From the NCBI RefSeq assembly GCF_009914755.1, contig NC_060931.1: a stretch of 64,000 nucleotides of DNA, one strand, 5' to 3'. This document shows positions 53,900-64,000 of this stretch, in pieces. The position numbers and the translations under genes are program-made. This DNA comes from the human T2T-CHM13v2.0 reference genome, Homo sapiens. Under the pieces are notes generated by a model. The model was not told the origin of the DNA and ran no database searches. It saw only the letters and a list, made by a program, of their open reading frames with translations. Numbering within the stretch: position 1 is the first letter of the stretch; every line of letters starts with the position of its first letter.

Positions 53900-56470
53900 C
53901 CAGACAGAAGGGAATAAATAAATAAGAACTAAACAAAAACAAAACTCATAGAAAATTAGCCTATAAATCAAAATATCAAAATGCAAGAAAAAGCCATCTA
54001 ATGGAAGACAATCGATTCTGGAAGACAATCGATTCTATCAATTTTCAGAACAGAATATAAATTCACTCTTGCAGCATTGAATGTATACAACAGCTGGACA
54101 AATACTTTAAAATTTATATTATTAGGATGCTCAAATAGAAAAATGAAGATATGTTTTCAATTTGGAAAAACAAGACATTACAAAAATTTAAAAAGCAGAG
54201 CTAATAAAACAGGTAAATACAAAAACAAATACAATTAAAGTAGCACAATTTCAGAAAAGAAAAATCATGGTCACTGGAAATTATACAAAATGGAAACAAA
54301 AGGAGGATTACTTAATTAAAAGATAGAATTGAGAAATTCACACAAAATGCATCATGGAGAGGCAAAGATGTGTAAAACAGGAAAGAGCAGTTAGAAGACA
54401 TGGAAGACTTGAGATCTTTCAACATTCAGCCAGTAGGAATTCTAGAAGCCCCAGAACAAAAGAATAGTGGGAGTTATGGAAAATCTATTTTTGGAAAAAA
54501 AAAAAAGTAATTAATAGGCATTTTCTAGAATTGAATTAAAAATGATCTTCAGTTTGGAAATCCAAGTATTCAACAGGGTGAAGCTGGATAGAAATCTCAG
54601 GAACATAGCCTTGGGTATACGGAAACTCCACATAGGAAATAACATGATAAATTAATGGAAAAAGAATGACTGTAGAGAAATATGGAAAGTATGTTCTTAC
54701 TACATATTGTAAATAAAATGAATTTTAAATGAACTAAAATGCACATTTCAAAGGCAAAACTTCAAAATGTTTAGAAGAAAATTTTGAATAATATATCATC
54801 TCTTGGTAGGGAGTATTTCTTTAAAAGGAGGCACAAAATATAAAGCAAAAGATTGACAAACTGTACTACATTAATGTATAAAGCATCTTCATAATAAAAA
54901 TAGAAGAAAGTTAAAAGACAAGTCACACACTGAGAAAAGGTATTTACAATGTACGAGAAAATTATTTACAGAACATTTAAGGAGCTTAAAAAGACAACTC
55001 AAAAGAAAAATAGACGAATAGTATGAACAGGCAGTTTACAGAAGAGGAAAGCTATCTGAAAGGAAAATAAATCTTGGAACCCCAAACTCATTAAGTGGAA
55101 GGGAAATGTCAAGCTGGGAACTGAGTCACACAAACCTGCCACCTTTTTTGCTTCCTAAATAAGATGGCTACAAGGTGAAAAGCTACATACCTCCCTCATA
55201 TTTTGCCTACAAGTAAATTCCTAGTGTGCTCCAAGATCCTTGACCTAAAGTGTTTCTGTTAAAATTCACCATAAATGATAGCTTATCTTTACATATGCAT
55301 TCACCTCTCTGCCCACCTGACACAAGTGCATATCTGATTGTTGCCTTGCCCCCATTTGTCTGTTATTTTATGCAAAAGAGCAGAGTCCCTGCATTTTTGC
55401 ATGCCCTATTTGTGTATGTTATCTTATGTAAAAATGCAGATTCACTGAGCCAGACAAAGGCATGGATGACTATTCCCCCCACCTCCCTCTCACATTAAAA
55501 TTGTGTGTTTCTCAATATCCTGCCCTTTCCCCTTTAAATTTGGAGGCCTCAAAATCAACTTTGGAGAAAGGCGTAAACCTGTCTTCCAGGCACACGTCCT
55601 TAACTTTGGCAAATAAACCTCCTAGAATGATTTAGATTTGTCTTGGTCATTTTTCTTGATTGACATCTGAATGATTGGTAAATATATAAAAGAATTTCCA
55701 ACCTCACAAATAATCACAGAAATACAACTTAAAACAACAATGAACACCAATTCACAGCCATCGGATTGGCAAAAATTAAAGTTTGACAATAAAGAGTATA
55801 GGTGAGAGTATGGAGAAACAGAAATTCTATTACACTGTTAGTGGGAGTGCAAATTGATGTAACAGCTTTGGAGGCCAATTTGATTACATCTGGTAAAGCA
55901 GAAGATTCTCTTTAAGAGACAGGGTCTTGCTCTGTCACCCAGGCTGGAGTGCAGCAGTGAAACCATAGCTCACTGTAGCCTCAACTTCCTGGGCTCAAAT
56001 GATCCTCTGGCCTCAGCCTCCTGGGTAGCTGGGACTACAGGCATGTGACACCCTTGCCCAGCTAATCTTTTTATTTTTTGAAGAAATGGGGTCTGGCTAT
56101 GTTGTCCATGCTTGTCTCAAACTCCTGGCCTCAAGCAATTCTCCCACCTCAGCCTCCCAAAGCCCTGGGATTACAGGCATAAGCCACTGGATCCACCATG
56201 CAGTAGATTTTTATACTCTACCACTAAGGAAATATAGTCTCACACAGGGATAAAGGAGACATGTTTATAAATACTCACTGCAAAATGGTTTGTTATAGAG
56301 GAAAAAGGAAACCATATGAGCATTCATTCATTCATGAGAAAATGGACAATTTGTGGCATGTTAATATAGCAAAATGTACTGCAGCTAAAACAAATGAACT
56401 ACAGCTACATAGAGGAACACTGAGAAATGCTGAAAAAATTTTGAAATGAAAAGAGCAGTGTATGCAAGTT
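53900..56470 (+). mobile_element. Old L1ME-like fragments with AluJ (55910-56195, -)
   Basis: A-rich L1 ORF1/ORF2-like motifs. Confidence 0.6.
55057..55665 (+). mobile_element. MER4-group (MER4B/D/E-like) ERV1 solo LTR
   Basis: tgaaaggaaaataaatcttgg...ggcaaataaacctcc...ttgaca. Confidence 0.82.
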
Positions 56471-56473
56471 ATA

Positions 56474-58659
<2,186 letters not shown>

Positions 58660-59473
58660 TATGTGCAGAGGGATGTATGCCAAATACACATTGTATATGT
58701 ATTATATAAGTTTAAATCATGGAGAACAGTATCATTGAAAGTCTGTAGAAATCTAAATTTGTAGCAAATATCTAGAAATAATATAACAAACTTATGATAG
58801 TGGTTAGCTAACTGGAGCAGTAGGAAAGAGCTTGGGATTGGAAAAGGGACATGGCGACCCCACATTAATCTGTGAAATTTAACTTTAAAAGTGTTTGAAC
58901 TAAATACAGACTAATGTTAAGATTTTATAAAGCAAAGTAATGGTGTTTATTTTATTATTTAAAAATTTTTGTTATATATTTTAGATGTTTTATTATGAAC
59001 ATATTAAAAATCCAAAACACCCCAGTACTAACAGACAAAATATAAATTGGGAAAGGTTGAAACATATGTCAGGCATGGTTGAGGTTCTTATCATATAATC
59101 TGCTCTTATTTAGCAATGCAAATGAGACGAGTACCTGGGAGAAAAGTTGGACAACAGCATTAACAGGCAAGGTACAAGAGGAAAATACAAATGACCAGTG
59201 AACTTAAGAAAGGAAGTTCCGTATCAGTGCAAAAATGCAGATCGAAGCAGCAATAAAATACTATCTTTTAATCTACCAAATTTTAGGAATTTGCCTGTAG
59301 AAAGAGATTCTCTGCTACAGATTCTCACAAAACTTTATTTTCAGAGATATTCTTCGTAGTGAATTACAGTGGTGAAAAAATACACTACACTAAGGTGTGT
59401 CCCTCTGTCCAAGCCATCAGTTCTCTTTCCTAAATTCCATGTCACACATTTTTATCTTCACTGTATCTTGTCT

Positions 59474-60032
59474 TTTTTTTTTTTTTTTTTTTTGAGACAG
59501 GGTCTCACTCCATTGCCGTGGCTGGAGTGCAATGGCGCAATCACAGCTTACTGCAGTTTTGACTGCCTGGGCTCAAGTGATTACCTCACTCCAGCCTCCC
59601 AAGCTGGAACCACAGACATGCACCACCACATCCAGCTAATTTTTTAAATTACTATTTTAGAGACAGGGTCCTGCACTATTGCCCAGGCTGGAGTGCAATG
59701 GTATAGTCACAGCTTACTGCAGCCTCAACTACCTGAGCTCAAGTGATTCCCCCAAGTCAGCCTCTCAAGTACCTGGGACCACAGACATGTGCCACCACAC
59801 TCAGCTAATTATTTTTATTATTATTTTAGAGACAGGGTCTCACACTGTTGCCCAGGCTGGAGTGCAATGGTGCAATGATGGCTTACTGCAGCCTCGACTG
59901 CCTGAGCTCAAGCGATTCCCCCACCTCAGCCTCCCAAGTAACTGCACCACAGTCATGTGCCACCGGATCCAGTTAATTTTTTAAATTATTATTTGTAGCA
60001 ACTAGATGGTGTTACTATGTTCCCTAGGCTGA
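59474..60032 (-). mobile_element. AluJ with right arm triplicated in tandem
   Basis: Three ~168-bp units, each starting gagacagggtc. Confidence 0.88.
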
Positions 60033-60982
60033 TATCTTCACATTTTAACATCTGTGAAATTGAGGTGTGTCTTACAATCACTGTCAGGGGGCAGTCATGA
60101 TGAGGCTTGTTGTCTATACATGCTTATCATAACTCACAAAATAAGTGTGTGCCTCTTTCCAAGCAACCAGAAGCACACACTTCTTCTCCAATGCTTCCTA
60201 AGGGCTCTATAAACTGTACCTGTACAAGCAGGCTTGGAAATGTACATTCATCTCAAAGCACCATCCTACTTCAAGCTAGAGCAACTTAACATGAACCAAA
60301 GCAGGTTAAGTGAAAACAATGTCAAGAATCACACATTCATAACAAAAGTAACTTCTTAAGGTGACAGGGCTAAATGAAACTAAGCAGAATTTGTGAAAGC
60401 AAGCAGGAAAGGACACTTTTAATTTAAATGAAACGTGAGTTAGAGCAAGTTTAGACAAAACTAAGCAATTTATGTCAAACAAACTCCGAATTGATCATTC
60501 TTTTTAAAATTAATTTCTTACAAGGCATTCAAGAAAATCTAGTTAATACTAAGCAGTTTACATGACACCAAACTCAAAATCACTTGTTCCTTTCCAAGAA
60601 AACTTCTTATTGCCCATTGGAGCTAACAAATATATGTAACTCAACAATTTATATGAAACCAAGCGCAGACTCAAAACTTCTCAAAATGCATTTCTTACAA
60701 TGAGTTAGAGTGTATGTAGTTGAAACTAATCAATATATGTGAAATCTAGTTCAATATCACTCACTCATTTCAAACAAAACTCATAAACCTCATAAACTTT
60801 ATATGTGTAAACAAGACTAGAGAGGTATTCCTTGCCCCGTTATCAAGGAGTCATTGGATTTTACAGTGATCCTTTATTCCCCAAACCCTTTAAAATTAGA
60901 TTTGTGTTGCTTTGGTTGAAAGAGATCATCTTAGCATCTCTTTGGGGAAAGCATTTTAGGAGGATTTGTGGCTACTCTAAAG

Positions 60983-61494
60983 CTGTAGTCCCCATCTTTT
61001 TCTGCACCAGGGACTGGTTTCACGGGAGACAGTTTTTCCACGGACCAGGGATGAGGGATGGTTTTGGGATGATTCGAGCACATTTCATTTATTGTGCACT
61101 TTATTATTATTAGATTGTAATATATAATGAAATAATTCTACAACTCACCATCATGTAGAATTAGTGGGAGACCTGAGCTTGTTTTCTTGCAACTAGATGG
61201 TCCCACCTGGGGGTGATGGAAGATAGCGACAGGTCATCAGGCATTAGACTCTCATAAGGAGCACGCAGTCTAGATCCCTCGCATGCACAGCTCACGACAG
61301 AGTTCTTGCTCCTGTGAGTATCTGATGCTGTGGCTGATCTGACAGGAGGCAGAGCTCAGGCAGTAATTTCAGCTGTTGGAGGTGGCTGTAAATGCAGATG
61401 AAGCTTTGCTTACTCTGCTGACTTCCTGCTTTGTGCCGGGTTCCTCACACCTAAAGGCTGAGAGCAGTACTGGCCTGGGGGCTAGGGACCCCTG
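60983..61494 (+). mobile_element. MER1A (hAT-Charlie)
   Basis: gcaccagggactggtttc...gggacccctg; 8-bp TSD ctctaaag/ctgtaaag. Confidence 0.88.
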
Positions 61495-61519
61495 CTGTAA
61501 AGGAACGTACAAACAGTGA

Positions 61520-63830
<2,311 letters not shown>

Positions 63831-63837
63831 GCAGATA

Positions 63838-64000
63838 CAATCATTTGCTGCATAATGACATCTTGGTCAACAACAGACCACATATACGACAGTGGTTCCA
63901 TAGGATTATAATAGTGTTTAAAAATTCCTATTGCCTGGTGATATCATAGCACTAGTAACATCGTAGCGCAATGCATCACCTTTTTAATGCTTAGATATGT
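63838..64000 (+). mobile_element. Tigger3/MER7-type element (runs off the window)
   Basis: TA then caatcat...gaccacatatacgacagtggttccataggattata. Confidence 0.8.

Noticed and set aside
60035-60800. Possible old DNA-transposon relic
   Set aside because: Only a short motif resembles Tc2/Kanga-type elements; insufficient evidence.

Overview
This is primate genomic DNA, almost certainly human, and it is largely made of transposable elements. I find no protein-coding gene, tRNA, rRNA or CRISPR array. The notable ORFs in the track are explained by Alu, L1, LTR, mariner or simple-repeat sequence, and the rest are short and unrecognisable. The window holds about 50 Alu/FLAM/FRAM copies and many old L1 fragments, including a 5'-to-3' L1MA-type element with most of ORF2 deleted and a twin-primed (5'-inverted) L1PB. 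It also holds MIR/L2 relics and DNA transposons: a full-length decayed Hsmar2 mariner, MADE1, two MER30, MER1A, MER5, Charlie-type and Tigger3-type. Solo LTRs are unusually diverse: LTR12C, MER11, LTR14A, two MER4-type, MER48-like, MLT2A/B/D, MLT1A/D, MST, LTR16 and others, often nested with readable TSDs. I cannot support a genuinely new biological system here. The best leads are an intact CpG-rich LTR12C promoter upstream of repeat-poor islands, the complete Hsmar2, multi-layer LTR nests, parallel Alu insertion at the same site of two MER30 copies, and a cluster of short local duplications. Family names come from recall of consensus sequences, not a database search, so subfamily calls and boundaries without a TSD are approximate.
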